From the NCBI GenBank assembly GCA_965112735.1, contig OZ218950.1, positions 4,154,001 through 4,218,000 on the forward strand: 64,000 bases of DNA, given 5' to 3'. This stretch comes from Phaeosaccion multiseriatum (taxonomy: Eukaryota; Protista; Ochrophyta, other classes). Below are positions 25,634 to 37,700 of the stretch, one piece after another. The notes beneath the pieces were generated by a model, which was given only the letters and a program-made list of their open reading frames with translations, was not told where the DNA came from and made no database searches. Both the position numbers and the translations under genes were made by a program. Position 1 is the first letter of the stretch, and every line of letters begins with the position of its first letter.

Positions 25634-25671
<38 letters not shown>

Positions 25672-26732
25672 GTGTGCGTGTGTGTGCTTGTGCTTGCCAA
25701 GTTGTTTTTGTGCTTTTCTCTGTCTCAAAGTCTTTTGCCCGCTACGGACGCTTCCTCTCCTCCTCCTCCTCCTCCTCCTCCCTTGCGGCCCATCCTTAGG
25801 ACAAAGGCCAGGGGGAGAGAAGGACCGCACACTCTTCCTCAGAGACCTCGCTGTTTAACATGGAGGTGAGTCAGTGGGACAGGGAGAGTGAAAGTATGTC
25901 CACACCTCACACGCCACACGTCTCTCTTTCTCTTGTCTCTCTCCTCTCCTCTGCCCTTCTCTGCTGGGTGACCTTCCTCTTCTCTTCTCTGCTCCTCCTC
26001 TTCCTCCCTCCTCCTCATCCCCCTCCTCCTCCTCCTCCTCCTCCTCCTCCTCCTCCTCCTCCTCCTCCTCCTCCTCCTCCTCCTCCTCCTCCTCCTCTTC
26101 CTCCTCCTCCTCCTCAGGTGGTGGTGGGCAAGTCAGTGGAGTCTCGTGGAGTCAATGCAGAGGCCCGTCCCAAGGGAGTGAGCCCTCGCCGCTACACAGG
26201 CAGGAACCACCCCCCGCTTGAGTACCCTTTTCAATCAGCGGACTCTACCCAGGCGTCCGCGATCCCGCACCCTCCTCCAAATCTCTCCCCCTTCACCGTA
26301 CATCCGGTTGTGCCGGCGGCGGTGGGAGGGTCGGCAGCAGGAGAAGGGTCGGAACCCGTAGGAGCATCGGTGGTAGCGTCAGGGGCGTTTGCACCAGACG
26401 CACCAGGTGGTCATACGGACGTACCTGTGAATACTAAGGAGGCTATACCTACTCTCGGAGGCCTGGACATGCGCCCTCAGCGAGGGATGCTGAGGCAGCA
26501 AGCGGGCTTGTCTTCAGGCCTATCGTCGCTGGCCGCCACCGGCAACGCCACTGGAGCTCCTCCTCCTCCTCCTGCTCCTCTTCTTCTTCCTCCTCCTCCT
26601 CAGACAGAGATGGACAAGCCCCTTCCTATCAGCGGCGGCGCTGGAGGGGGGGCAGGCGAGGGGGCGCTGCTCAAGAGAGTCTTTAAGAGCACGGGGGGGC
26701 TGGGGGCGCTGCTGCTCGGGGGGAGAAAGTAG
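11303..26732 (+). CDS. TPS: Trehalose-6-phosphate synthase/phosphatase family protein (GT20 + HAD), ~21 exons, ~2,860 aa, catalytic motifs degenerate
   Basis: Motifs in order across in-phase exons: LVSRRLP, LWVGWPG, FYSGYCKTMLWPMFH, WVHDYHL, FFLHLPFPSSEIYR, DLIGFQT, FPVGID, RDGMNTVPFEY, LSEFAGC, VNPWN, LAAEHG, YYTERTPGS, WHYRDCD, DEDIF, SCTVG. Confidence 0.92.
14495..14870. repeat. Degenerate TAGAGGTA/TAGAGGTC-based minisatellite in TPS intron
   Basis: Many copies of tagaggta/tagaggtc with short variable linkers. Confidence 0.85.
15930..16330. repeat. Degenerate ATACCCC/CCCTAT minisatellite (higher-order unit ~100 bp) in TPS intron
   Basis: The block ccttgttcctgccccattataccccatatac...ccgtactatgtac recurs three to four times. 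Confidence 0.8.
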
Positions 26733-27013
26733 TGGAGGAGATGCATCATACGATGGGAAAGGTACATAGATGGATAGGTACGTAGGTACGTAGGTAGGTA
26801 CGTAGGGTACGTAGGTAGGCAACACAAATGACGCAACAAATGTTAAATTGTACATTGATATTTTAATTTTATTGGTAATAGAAAAGGAAGGAAGAGATGA
26901 GGTCGAGGGCGAGCGGGCCTTTCCGAGGGTGCTGTTGTGGGTGTATGTGCGTGAGTCTCGATGAGTCAGTATCCACCCCGCAGACCTACGGAGGAACAGC
27001 GCGGAGAATGGAA

Positions 27014-27132
27014 GAGGGAAGAGTCCTAAGGCCGAAGGTGTGAGAGGGAGTGAGAGGGAAGAGTCCTAAGGCCGAAGGTGTGAGAGGGAGTGAGAGGGAA
27101 GTGAGAGGGAAGAGTCTTAAGGTCGAAGGTGT
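27014..27132. repeat. ~40-bp tandem repeat (about 3 copies) between the convergent TPS and coiled-coil genes
   Basis: gagggaagagtcctaaggccgaaggtgtgagagggagtga repeated. Confidence 0.85.
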
Positions 27133-27561
27133 GGGTGGGTGCGCTCTTGCCGACGTGCGTGTATTCACTCTCTCTTCTGTATGTAAGCATATGTATGTAT
27201 GAAGTATGTATGTGTGTGGACACTTCTCCAACAACAAACACTCACCGAGACAGCACACATATCTTATGAGACCCGCAAGTGAGGCCAGCAAGAAGGGAAG
27301 AGCGACAGAGCACAGCGGCACAAGCCGCACCCGCACTCGCTCTCTCTTCCACTCCACGAGCTCAGCTCACAAGCCAGGCCACTTCCCTTCCTCCCTCATC
27401 GGACAGTACAAACGCCATTACCCTCCCACACACGCACGCACATGCACGCACGCACGCACACAAAATAAAAACAAATCACAACAATCCTGTTCGCCGTGGA
27501 CAAAATATACAAAACAACACGACTTCATTCATTCATTCATTCATTCCTGCGCCTCCTCAGC

Positions 27562-28597
27562 TCAGGAGTGCTCCCACGTCGAAGAAAGGGGCACGTGCCG
27601 TGTCTGCAAAGTGACATGGCTGCTGGTACCCTCTCCTCCTCCTCCTCCTCCTCCTCCTCCTCCTCGCTTCGCTGCTGCTGCTGCTGCTGCCTCTCCTCCC
27701 GGCGCCGCACCACAACCCGGAAGCTCCTCCCCCTCCCCCCCTCTCTTTCCGTGCAGCAAGGCGGCGGGCATGGGTGCGTCTTCGCCCCTCGCTGAGTTGT
27801 AAAGGGAGGTACCGCCCAGGGGGGTGCGGTGCCGCCGCCGCTCCGCCCGCTCCAAAGAATGATCCTGGGAACGATCCTGGAGGATACTGTGACTGCTGTG
27901 ACTGTGACTTCCCATATGATTGCCCCTGCCCCTGCTGCTGATGCTACTGCTGATGCTACTGGTGCTGCTGCAGTGCTTCGGCTGCTGCTGTTGCTGCTGT
28001 TTCGAGACGGCCTGGCTGTGGCTGTGGCTGTGGCTGTGGCTGTGGCGGTAGCTCCCTCCCCCTCCTGCGTGTGCGTGTTGCGATGATGGGCTGGCAGCGG
28101 CGCCGTGATGCACAGCGATGCACAGTGTGTGTGTTACGGGAGTCAAGGGAGAGGGGTGATACGATTGCAGACGTGAGACAGACAGACAGACAGACAGACA
28201 GTGTTTGCGAATATGTACCCAGCTACGCAACGCACGCACCCACACTCCCTCACACTGACTCACCCCACGTCATTCTCCTTGCTGTTACTGCTGCTGCTGC
28301 CCCCCTTGGTCCAAGCATGGTTTCTCTCTCGCTCTCTCCTACCGCCGTCTGTACAACTGCTGCTCTCTCTCTCCCTCCTGCCGTCGTCTGCCTCATTACC
28401 GTGTTGGTACCTCCCCCCCTCCTCGCCAAGGCCAGGGCCGTAAGAAGGCCTATTGAGCACCGCGGGGGGGGGGGCAGAGTCGTGTGGGCCAAAGTCTACG
28501 GCTCCCGTCACTACACTCGAGCGACTCGCCTGCCCCTGCCCCTGCCCCTGCGCCATTCCTCGGAGCTCAGCAGCTTCGTCTGGACAGCAAGTACATG

Positions 28598-28641
<44 letters not shown>

Positions 28642-31600
28642 AGGGAGGCAGACAGACAGACAGAGCACACGTGAGACAGAGACGGGACGGGACGTGCACA
28701 GGGTGCATAGTGGGAGCCTGAATTTGTCCCTCGAGGAGAGAGGGAGTGAAGAGCCAACACACCAACACGCCAACACGCCAACACGAAAGCGGCGTTCACG
28801 TGTGACAGCAACAGTTTCACGCGTTTGCCGTCCTTCCCTTCCAGGGAGGAGCCGTCGTCCTTGCTCAGCGCAACGCACGCACACACATACACACACGCAT
28901 GCACACGCACGCACGCACGCACGCACGACCACGCACCTGGGGTGCTGCTGGCTCTGCCTCCTCGCTCCCTCGACGCGCGCATTCTCCTCTCATGGTCCAG
29001 TTTGCGCTTCAGGAACAGGTCCTGCCGCTCCACTTTGTCTGTGAACGGATGTAAGTGCGTATGTCAGAATGGAGACAAGAGAAGACAGATGATCAAGTAG
29101 GCAGGGGCGTCAGGTGGGGGGGGGGGGAGGGGGGTGGAGCGTTTCGTTTGACCCAAAGTAACTACACAACGAACAAACGAATACACTAACGAAGTATAGT
29201 AACGAACCTTTGAGCTCGGCGACTTGCAGCTCGGTGTGCTTCAAGCTGACCACCTTCTCCTTGCATCTCAGGAGCTCTCTTTCCGAGTCGGCAAGCTCCT
29301 CTTTCAGGCGCATCATCACACGCTGGTCGGTCTGGTGATTGGTGGGGAGAGAGGACAAATGAGAGAACGGCAGGGAAGGAGAGGGAGGAGGGAAGGGAGG
29401 GAAGGGAGAGAGGGAGAGGAAGAGGGAGAGAATCACTCACCCTCTTGCGTGTGTCGCTCTTCCTCTCCCCCTCTGCGAAGGCCTTCTTGAGGCCCTCTTT
29501 GTGCGTGAGAAGCTCGTCTCGCTCTCTCTGCAGCTTCGAGGCCCGCGTCTCTCCGTCCTCGGCCCTACTCAGCAAGCGCTTGTTCTCCCCTGCGGTAGAT
29601 CGATCAATCGGCGGCCGGTGGATGGCAGTGAATGGTTAGTCGATGGATGACAGTCGAGGGTCCAGGTTATGCAGGAGCAACACTGCCTCACTGCCTGACT
29701 CACGCACTCACTCACTCATCCACTCACTCACCCTCAAGCTCGGTGATGATGCGCTTTGTCTTGGCCTCTGCGTTGTGCACATCCCTTCGGACCGCGTTGC
29801 TTCGGCTCACCTCCTCCATCAGCCTGGGGATTGATTATTAACGGGGGAGGTTAAGGAAGGCCATTGAGGGGTATCGTGGGCTGACGGGGGGGGGTTGGGG
29901 AGGACTATTGAAGGGTATGGAGGGTTGACGGGGAGGGGTTGAGGGGGACTATTTAGGGGTTATCGAGGGTTAAGGGGGACTATTTAGGGGTTATCGAGGG
30001 TTAAGGGGGACTATTTAGGGGTTATCGAGGGTTAAGGGGGACTATTTAGGGGTTATCGAGGGTTAAGGGGGACTATTTAGGGGTTATCGAGGGTTAAGGG
30101 GGACTAATTAGGGGTTATCGAGGGTTAAGGGGGACTATTTAGGGGTTATCGAGGGGATGCACGGTGCCACGGGAGGGAGGGAGGGAGGAGGAGAGGGGCG
30201 TGTGAAGGGGTAGCGGTGGAGTGGGGTGGAGGGTGGAGGGTGGAGGGTGTGACAAGGAGGCATGGAGGCATGGCCTGTACGTGTCTTCTCTTTCTCTTCT
30301 CTCCCATCCTCACTCACTTGTCCTGGATGGCCTTGGTCTCTGCAATGTGCTTCGATCTCTCGCTCTGCACCAGCAGCTGCAGACTGCCAATCTGCTCGTG
30401 CTGCTCAGACATTTTGTCGTTGCTCTCCTGGTGTGCTTTCTCATGGGCGGCCGTTGCTTCCCGGAGCTTTCCCTCAGCGGTGAGAAGCTTGGTGGAGAGC
30501 GCCGCTCCCTGCTGGCGGAGGGTCTGGCAAAGGCTCTCGCTGGTGTGCAGCAGCTGTGGCCAATCGAATTGGTGTGTTGACCAATCGAGCGAGGCATCGA
30601 GTCAGTCAGTCAGTCAGTCAGTCAGCCAGTCAGTCATCGACAGATGCGGTGAGAGACAATCCAAAAACGAGTGGAGGGGAGCGGATGGGCAGCGAGCGAG
30701 CGTTACAACGGCGGGGGCGGGCGGGTGGTAGGGGGGGGGGGGGGGCAGGTGAGGGAGTGAGGAACCCTGAGACAGATGGAAGTTCGCAAGTCATCTGCTC
30801 AGAGGGAGGGAGTGGACTAACGTGGGGGGGGGGGAGTAAGGGAGGGGACCGCCTGACTAAGTGACTGCCTGACTGACTGACTGACTGACTGACTGACTGA
30901 CCTCCTGTTTGTCAGCGACTTTTGAGGTGAGGCCACGGACGTCCTTAGCGAGGAGAGCATTCTCCCGTCGGAGGGTAGTCACCACGCTCTTCTCGTGCTG
31001 AGAGGGAGGACAAGACAAGAGAGGACAAGAGGGAAGGGCAGGGGGGCAGCAGGGGGACGGAAGGGGTGAATGCTCTGTGCCGTGAGGACATTGTATCCAG
31101 CCTCCCCTCCCTCACTCAGCAGCACCACCATGTAGGATGGTGGGGAGGGCAATGTGCCTGTGACTGGAGCCTATCCCCGCGAGAGGGCTTTGGTTCGGTT
31201 TGCGGTGTGGGTGCGCGTGCGTGCATGCGTGCAGAGCGCAAGAAGATTGGGAGAGGAGGAGTCCTGTACCCCTAACCTTGCCAACATGCCATCTGTGACA
31301 CCCACCCACACACCTTGACCATCCTCTCGAGCTCGTGCTTCTGCTCCGTGGCCTGTTCGAAGAGCTGTCGCCGCTTAGTCACTGCGCGGTCCTTCTCTCT
31401 CTCCATGTCGGCCAACTCCAGGCGGAGGTTGCTGACGGCGGCCTTTTCGCTCGTGACATCGAGTTGCAGGGCGGCGCGTTCGCTTCGCAGCCTCTCTGCC
31501 TCGGCCCTGGACAGAGACAGCTCCTACGTGGTGATGATGATGATAATGATGATGATGATAATGATGATGATGAAGATGATGGTGATGATGATGATGATGG

Positions 31601-33340
31601 TGGTGGTGATGATGATGACAATGATGATGATGATGATGATGATGATGGTGATGGTGATGATGATGATGGTGATGATGATGGTGATGATGATGATGATGAT
31701 GATGGTGGTGATGATGATGATGACGATGACGATGATGATGGTGGTGATGATGACGTGATGATGATCACGATGGTGATGATGATGATGGTGATGATGATGA
31801 TGGTGATGATGGTGGTGATGATGGTGGTGATGATGACGGTGGTGATGATGACGATGGTGGTGATGATGATGATGACGATGATGATGACGATGATGATGAT
31901 GACGATGATGATGATGTGTCGGGTCATAAGAGGAGATGAGATTGGACAGGGACAGAGAGAAAGGCAAAGGAACAGGGGCACGCAGGACACACACAACACA
32001 CAGACAAAGCCATTGCAATTGCCATTGGGTACCAAGAGAGTGAGGGGAGATACGGTACGGTACTGTACGGTACGGGGCTCAGTGCGATGCGAGCAGCGGC
32101 CCAACTGCACTGACCTCGGCGGCCCGGCGCTGCTCCTTCTCCAAGAGGAGGCTAGCAGCGTCCCTCTCTCTCTCTCGCTCCTCGGTGTGCCGCTTCCTCT
32201 CGCTCTCCAGCTCGGCCTCGGCCGCGGCAAGGCTGCTGTCCATCGCTTGCTGCAAGCGAATGTGCTCCACCTTTCCCTCCTGCACCTGGGGAAGAGCGAG
32301 ATGGCGGGGGGAAAGGAAGAGAGAAAGAGAGAGTACGAGAGTCAGAGAGAATGGCCAGAGGGCTGGAGAGAGAGAGCGGGAAGAGAAGAACTTGGGGCGG
32401 GGGGGGGGGTCAGGCCTGATCGCTTCGAGCGTAGCTGAAGGGGAGGGAAGGGCGACTGGAGTCAATGTGTGTTGTGTAAGATGGCGTTCCTACTTGCCTT
32501 TGTGTCAAGCTCAGCGGCTCTGGCCTTCTCCTTGGCCAGCCTCTTGTCCGTGTCTCGGAGGGTGCGACTCAGCTTGTGGTTCGTCTCCTGTGAGCCCGAC
32601 AGATACGATACATGACAAAGACAACACACACACACGCACATACAAAACAGACAGGTAGACAGACAGACGGAGACGGAGACGGACACGAAAAACGGGAGGG
32701 AAGGGGTGGGGATGGATGGGTGTGTGGTTGGCGTGAGGTGACAGTCTGTCCCCCGGCAGCTTGAGAGGGCTGGCGATACGGGCATACGGCGGCAGAACGT
32801 GGTGTGAAGAGGTCTGGTTCAGTCGCCCCCTTGTGCCACACACACACAAGCCCCTGGAAAGCTGTGGTCGCTGTGGCTCGCACGGCGGTGCGGAGCACCG
32901 CCACAAGGGCGTGGGTGTGCGTGTGTGCCTTGCGTCACGCACAAGCAACTTACCAAACAAGCCAACACCCCACGACCCACACCCAAGAGTTCCCCCCCCC
33001 ACACACCCCCTCTCCCTATGAGCAGGGTCAATATACACTTGGCAGCGAAGAGCGATAAAAGTGTTTCACCCCCTCGCACCTTGTCCTCCGCATGCTTGTC
33101 GTTCATGGCCGCGATCTGATTCACAAACACGGCCAACTTCTCCTCTAGCCGTGCCTTCTCGCGCTCCCTATCGCGGATCTCCTGGTCCTTCTCTTCGATA
33201 GCATCGAGGAGCTGCTCTCCGTTCGTGCCCCCAGTGACGTTAGAGAGCTTTTCCTCCAACTGCTGAATCCGAAGCTTAAGGTTGAACACGCTCTCATCCT
33301 TCTCCTTCAGCGGCTGCGGAGACTTTAGCCCCCCCTCCAT
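27562..33340 (-). CDS. Long coiled-coil protein with N-terminal CM1/gamma-TuNA-like motif (centrosomin/Mto1-like), ~12 exons
   Basis: Exon 1 reads LKEKDESVFNLKLRIQQLEEKL. The following in-phase exons (32587-32498, 32285-32115, 31523-31314, 30997-30902, 30553-30318, 29823-29732 and on) are heptad-rich E/K/R/L/A sequence, and the tail is low-complexity. Confidence 0.7.
29943..30155. repeat. 31-bp G-run minisatellite, ~7 copies, intronic
   Basis: Unit GGGGGACTATTTAGGGGTTATCGAGGGTTAA starts at 29943, 29974, 30005, 30036, 30067, 30098 and 30129. Confidence 0.95.
31527..31916. repeat. (GAT)n microsatellite, ~390 bp, intronic
   Basis: Read directly from the sequence; lies inside intron 31524-32114 of the coiled-coil gene. 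Confidence 0.95.
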
Positions 33341-34117
33341 CTTCCTTTAATGATCTCTTCTATACGTGACGAATGAAATGCCAAAAGGGGAGGTACCTGA
33401 CAAGAGGTCGAAAGAGCGTAAGTCAGGCAAGCGACTTCGACAGGAGCAGCAGGGAAGTCCACACATGAAGGACAGGATGGGGACGAAGAAGAGTAGGAGA
33501 GGGGTCAAAGCCGGATGCAGGAAGCCAGAGGGGAGGAAGAATGGCGGAAGCGCGTCGGCTTGGGAGAGGCCAGGGGCGCTGCTCTCCACGCTGTACAGCA
33601 CACGATACCAAGAATGTAGCTGTAAATCAAAGGATCAAAAGGAAAAACGATACTCCGCCCCCCTTACCCGCCCCGTCCAATAGTTTAGGAGACGGTATCC
33701 CGCGTGCTCCGTTCCTCTTTCTTACCTCTGTCCCCCCTTCTCTCTCCCACACCTCGTTGTCGAATCCCCCTTTCCCCAAACTTGCTCCCCGCCTTCCTTC
33801 CGAACAAACGGCTCCACGAGCTGGTGCTGATGCTGCCGGCGCTGGTCCTGCTGCTACTGCTGCTGCTGCTGCTCTCCTCTGGGCAGCGCCTCCAGTCAGA
33901 CAATTATTTAATCTGAGATGAGGGGAAAAGAGAAATCCAAACGGCATTTTTGGATGGCACCAGAAGGCGCCCTCCCACGACTGACCAAGTCGAATCCAAT
34001 CTCGACAATCGATATTTCAGTTACAGTCAGCCCATGACCCGCCGCCTAGGCTCTTGGCCTATTTATATGCCGCCGCCTAGGCAGCCTAGGCGGGCCGGAG
34101 GCTCGCGCGGCCTAGGG

Positions 34118-34215
34118 TCAACGGGTCAACCCCTGATACACTATCGCCCACGTTCTCGATAGCGCGCCGGCTGGCGCCGGCGATAGCGGATAGCGGATAG
34201 TGTATCAGGGGTTGA
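34118..34215. mobile_element. MITE, family A copy 1
   Basis: Perfect 20-bp TIR TCAACCCCTGATACACTATC at 34126 and ending at 34215, with an extra 8-bp partial TIR on the left. CTAGGG lies on both sides (34112-34117, 34216-34221). Confidence 0.8.
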
Positions 34216-34504
34216 CTAGGGCAGACGCCAGCCAACTAGGCGGACGGTGGGAGTGCCCAGAGTGCAAAGAGTAGCCAGTTTTATTGCATGGGATTGGAAG
34301 TGAGGAGTAGGGCCCTATGAGGAGTGCAGACCTGCAGGTGTGCTGCTACCCACTGGCTGGGCGGCGCCACGCACGCGCCCACGGTCACTGGGAGGCTGCC
34401 TAGAGGCGGGCTAGAGGCCGCCTAGGACTGAAAAGTGAGCGGCCTAGAGAAAAACCGCTAGTCTAGGCGTGCATGGGCCGGGCTGAGATATTCATACGTG
34501 CTCT

Positions 34505-34614
34505 CTGCTATCGATAGCATCATTAGCATAGCATCAGCCGGCGTGCTATCTGCTATCGGCTGGCGGCCGATGGCATGCTATCGAGAATGTGGTCGATAGC
34601 ACGTCTAGAGTCGA
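34505..34614 (-). mobile_element. Degenerate family A MITE in opposite orientation
   Basis: The reverse complement reads TCGACTCTAGACGTGCTATCGACCACATTCTCGATAGC, against the family left arm TCGACCCCTGACACGCTATCGCCCACTTTCTCGATAGC. Confidence 0.55.
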
Positions 34615-35014
34615 AAGTCGGTACAATAGGAGAAAGGAAGCAAACGATCGAAACGAAAACGAAGCTCCCCTCGCTCAACGGATCTCTACCAATTTGTTTA
34701 TACAATGCTATGTACACAGCAAGGTGTCTTCTTTTCTGGCTGGAGCCTTTCTCTTCTCCTTCCCCCCCGCGCATGCCTCTCTTCTTGTCTTTACCGCGGC
34801 CTCCCTCCTCTTCCGCAGCTTCTTCACGCACCACCCTCTGCAGGCGGTACGCTCAGCTCGCCCCGTGAAAGGTCAACTTGCATTGTGCCGAAACGTCGCC
34901 CATTTGAAACTGAAACTGTCTCAAAGATCATAATCTCTCTACGTGTTATGCATCTTAGAAGGGGGGCACAAAGGGGAGCATTGAGGACCGAGCAGCGGAG
35001 GTGAGGATACGGGC

Positions 35015-35637
35015 ATGAGCACAAGAGCAGGTACCGAGGACAGGGCGGCTGGCGAGGAGGGAGGAGGGGGCGGGGGGGCGCGAGGAGGGAACAGGAATAA
35101 CAGAAGGGCGCGGTGCGTCGTGGGAGGATGCGATGGCGAGTCGCTGGACGGGACGAACAGGTGCGCTGTGCATAGTAGCAACAGTCGAGGAGGAGCTGTG
35201 GGGCCGCCTGAGGAGGAGGGCGACGGGGGCTCGAGTCGGAATGGGCGTCAGTATCATCACCATCCCTACCACCCTCAGCAGCAGCAAGCCCAGCAACTGG
35301 CCCGGCAGCAGGCCCAGCAGCGCCAGCAGCACCAGCAGCACCAGCAGCACCAGCAACTTCAGGGGTATTTGCGACACCAGCAGTACCTGCAGCAGCAGCA
35401 GTTCCCACCACAGCAGTTCAGCCCGGCCCCCACGCAGTACTACTTCCCCTCCCCCGGGACAGGAGTGGCAGCAATGCTTTTCCCCCAGCCCTACCAACAC
35501 CCTCAGTACCTACACCACCAGGTCCAGGAACAGCAGCGCATGCAGGAAATGTTTTCACTGCATCAGCCTTATGGTCAACAGCTGCAGCCTCAGCGGTTTC
35601 CAGTGGCCCCACCATACCCGCCGCCACCCTTTCTTTT

Positions 35638-35690
<53 letters not shown>

Positions 35691-36593
35691 GGCTGGGGCT
35701 GCCTCACTCGCTGCCTCCGTTCCCGCTGCATTCGGCGGATCCCCAACATCTGATAACGCAGCCGCAGCTGCAGTATGGGCACATGCAGCACACTCCGCAG
35801 CACGTGCCGCAGCGGCCACAAGAGGAGCCCAAAGAGAAGAAGAATGGAACACGCTCTGTACTTCAAGACAAGGACGAAGAGCAGCAGCAGGCCCATCTTC
35901 CGCCCGGATCGGCTGCGAAGCGATGCAGACAGCCTGGATGCGAGAATCAGGCAGTCAAGGAGGGCGTCTGCGTACGGCACGGGGCCTCCGTGACTCGGTG
36001 CTCGGTGGCAGGGTGTGGCAAATACCCACAGCAGAACGGGGTCTGCGTCAGTCACGGGGCAGAGGTGCGACGGTGCCGTCACGAAGGGTGCGAGAAACAA
36101 GCTGTGCGGGGCGGCTCTTGCGTCAGACACGGCGCTGTGGACACGCGCTGCTCCTTCAAAGGGTGCAGAAAGATGGCGCGAGTGGGGCGGACCTGTCGGC
36201 TGCACGAGGGAAAGCCAACGCCTTGCCAGCGTCGACTCAAGAGGGGGCGTCACGTTGAGGGCAGTGCGGGGGCGAGCAGCTCTGAGGTGGGGTCCACACC
36301 GCTACCACCTCGAGCAGCAGCAACAGCAGCGGCGCGCATCGCAGCCTCTGCCTCCTCTGCCTCTGCTGCTGTCGGGGCGGATGCAGCCCCTTCCAACCGA
36401 GAGCTTGTTGAAGGGCATGCTTCGCTCGCTCAGGAAGGGGGAGGAGGCAGAGGAGACGTGGCTGCGAGGCCATCTTCCAGCGCTTCCTCTCTGACTGGTT
36501 CCACTAGCGGCAATAGCAGCAGCACGAGCAGTACCAACAGCAGCGTCCGTCGCCGCCGCAGGACGAGGCAAGAGTCCCCGCCGCCTGTGGGGG

Positions 36594-36629
<36 letters not shown>

Positions 36630-36683
36630 GGCAGGAGCAGAAGGAGGAGGAGGAGGAGGAGGAGCAGGAGCAGGAGCAGGAGG

Positions 36684-36719
<36 letters not shown>

Positions 36720-37700
36720 AGGAGGAGCAGGAAGGGGGAGGAGGAGGAGGAGGAGGAGGAGGAGGAGGAGGAGGAGGAGCAGGAGGAGGAGGAGAAGGAG
36801 GAGAAGGAGGAGGAGGAAGAGAAGGAGGAGAAGGAGGAGGTGGAAGAGGAGGAGAAGGAGGAGGAGGAGGAGAAGGAGGAGAAGGAGGAGGAGGAGGAGG
36901 AGGAGGAGGAGGAGGAGGAGGAGGAGGAGGAGGAGGAGGAGGAGGAGGAGGAGGAGGAGGAGGAGGAGGAGGAGGAGGAGGAGGAGGAGGAGGAGGAGGA
37001 GGAGGAGGAGGAGGAGGAGGAGGAGGAGGAGGAGGAGGAGGAGGAGGAGGAGGAGGAGGAGGAGGAGGAGGAGGAGGAGGAGGAGGAGGAGGATGAGGAG
37101 GAGGAGGAGGAGGAGGAGGAGGGGGAGGTGGGGGAGGTGAACGTCATGTCGAAGTCCGGTGGTAAGAAGCAGGGCCAGGGACGGAGCGTGGTGAATGGCA
37201 GGTATGACGAGTCAGAGGAGGGCAGCAGCAGCAGCAGCATCAGCAGCAGCAGGAGCAGTCGTATAGGCAGCAGGAGGAGCGTCACTGTGTCCGCGCCGTC
37301 GAGTCGGGCAAAGTCCTCCGGTTCTCCTTCCTTCGGAGCAGCAGCAGCAGCAGGTGATGCAGCAGTGGAGGGGGAAGTCTACGTGAGGCGATGGATTGGA
37401 CCCCACCGCCAGCACCACCACCACCGGTACCACCAGGAAAAAGAAAAGAAAGTGGCGATGCAGCTCCTGCTCCATGTGATGCGTAGCGAGCAGCACGGGC
37501 ACAAGAAAGAGTGCACGGCAGGGACGGTGGAAGGCAGCCAGACAGAGTGCTCAGGTCAGAGAGAGGACATGCACACTTCCCTGCCTTGGGGTAGTAGCGA
37601 TGATGACAGACGGAGCAAGCGACATGCGACTGACTGGGCTGCTTGCGGCCCTGGCAAGGAGGAGCGAGGCACCCCAGCGAGAGGCTTGGTGACGGGGTGA
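35015..37700 (+). CDS. CxxxGCxKxAxxxGxCxxHG (WRKY19-like) zinc-finger repeat protein with polyQ and polyE tracts; apparent frameshift near 36735
   Basis: Four tandem repeats at ~35923-36207 (CRQPGCENQAVKEGVCVRHG, CSVAGCGKYPQQNGVCVSHG, CRHEGCEKQAVRGGSCVRHG, CSFKGCRKMARVGRTCRLH) plus one degenerate N-terminal copy. The ORF frames 35015-37096 and 36840-37700 overlap inside the (GAG)n tract. Confidence 0.75.
36640..37120. repeat. (GAG)n microsatellite, >400 bp, in coding sequence
   Basis: Read directly from the sequence. Confidence 0.95.

Noticed and set aside
31315-32438. PolyM, polyD and polyH ORFs
   Set aside because: They are translations of an intronic (GAT)n microsatellite.
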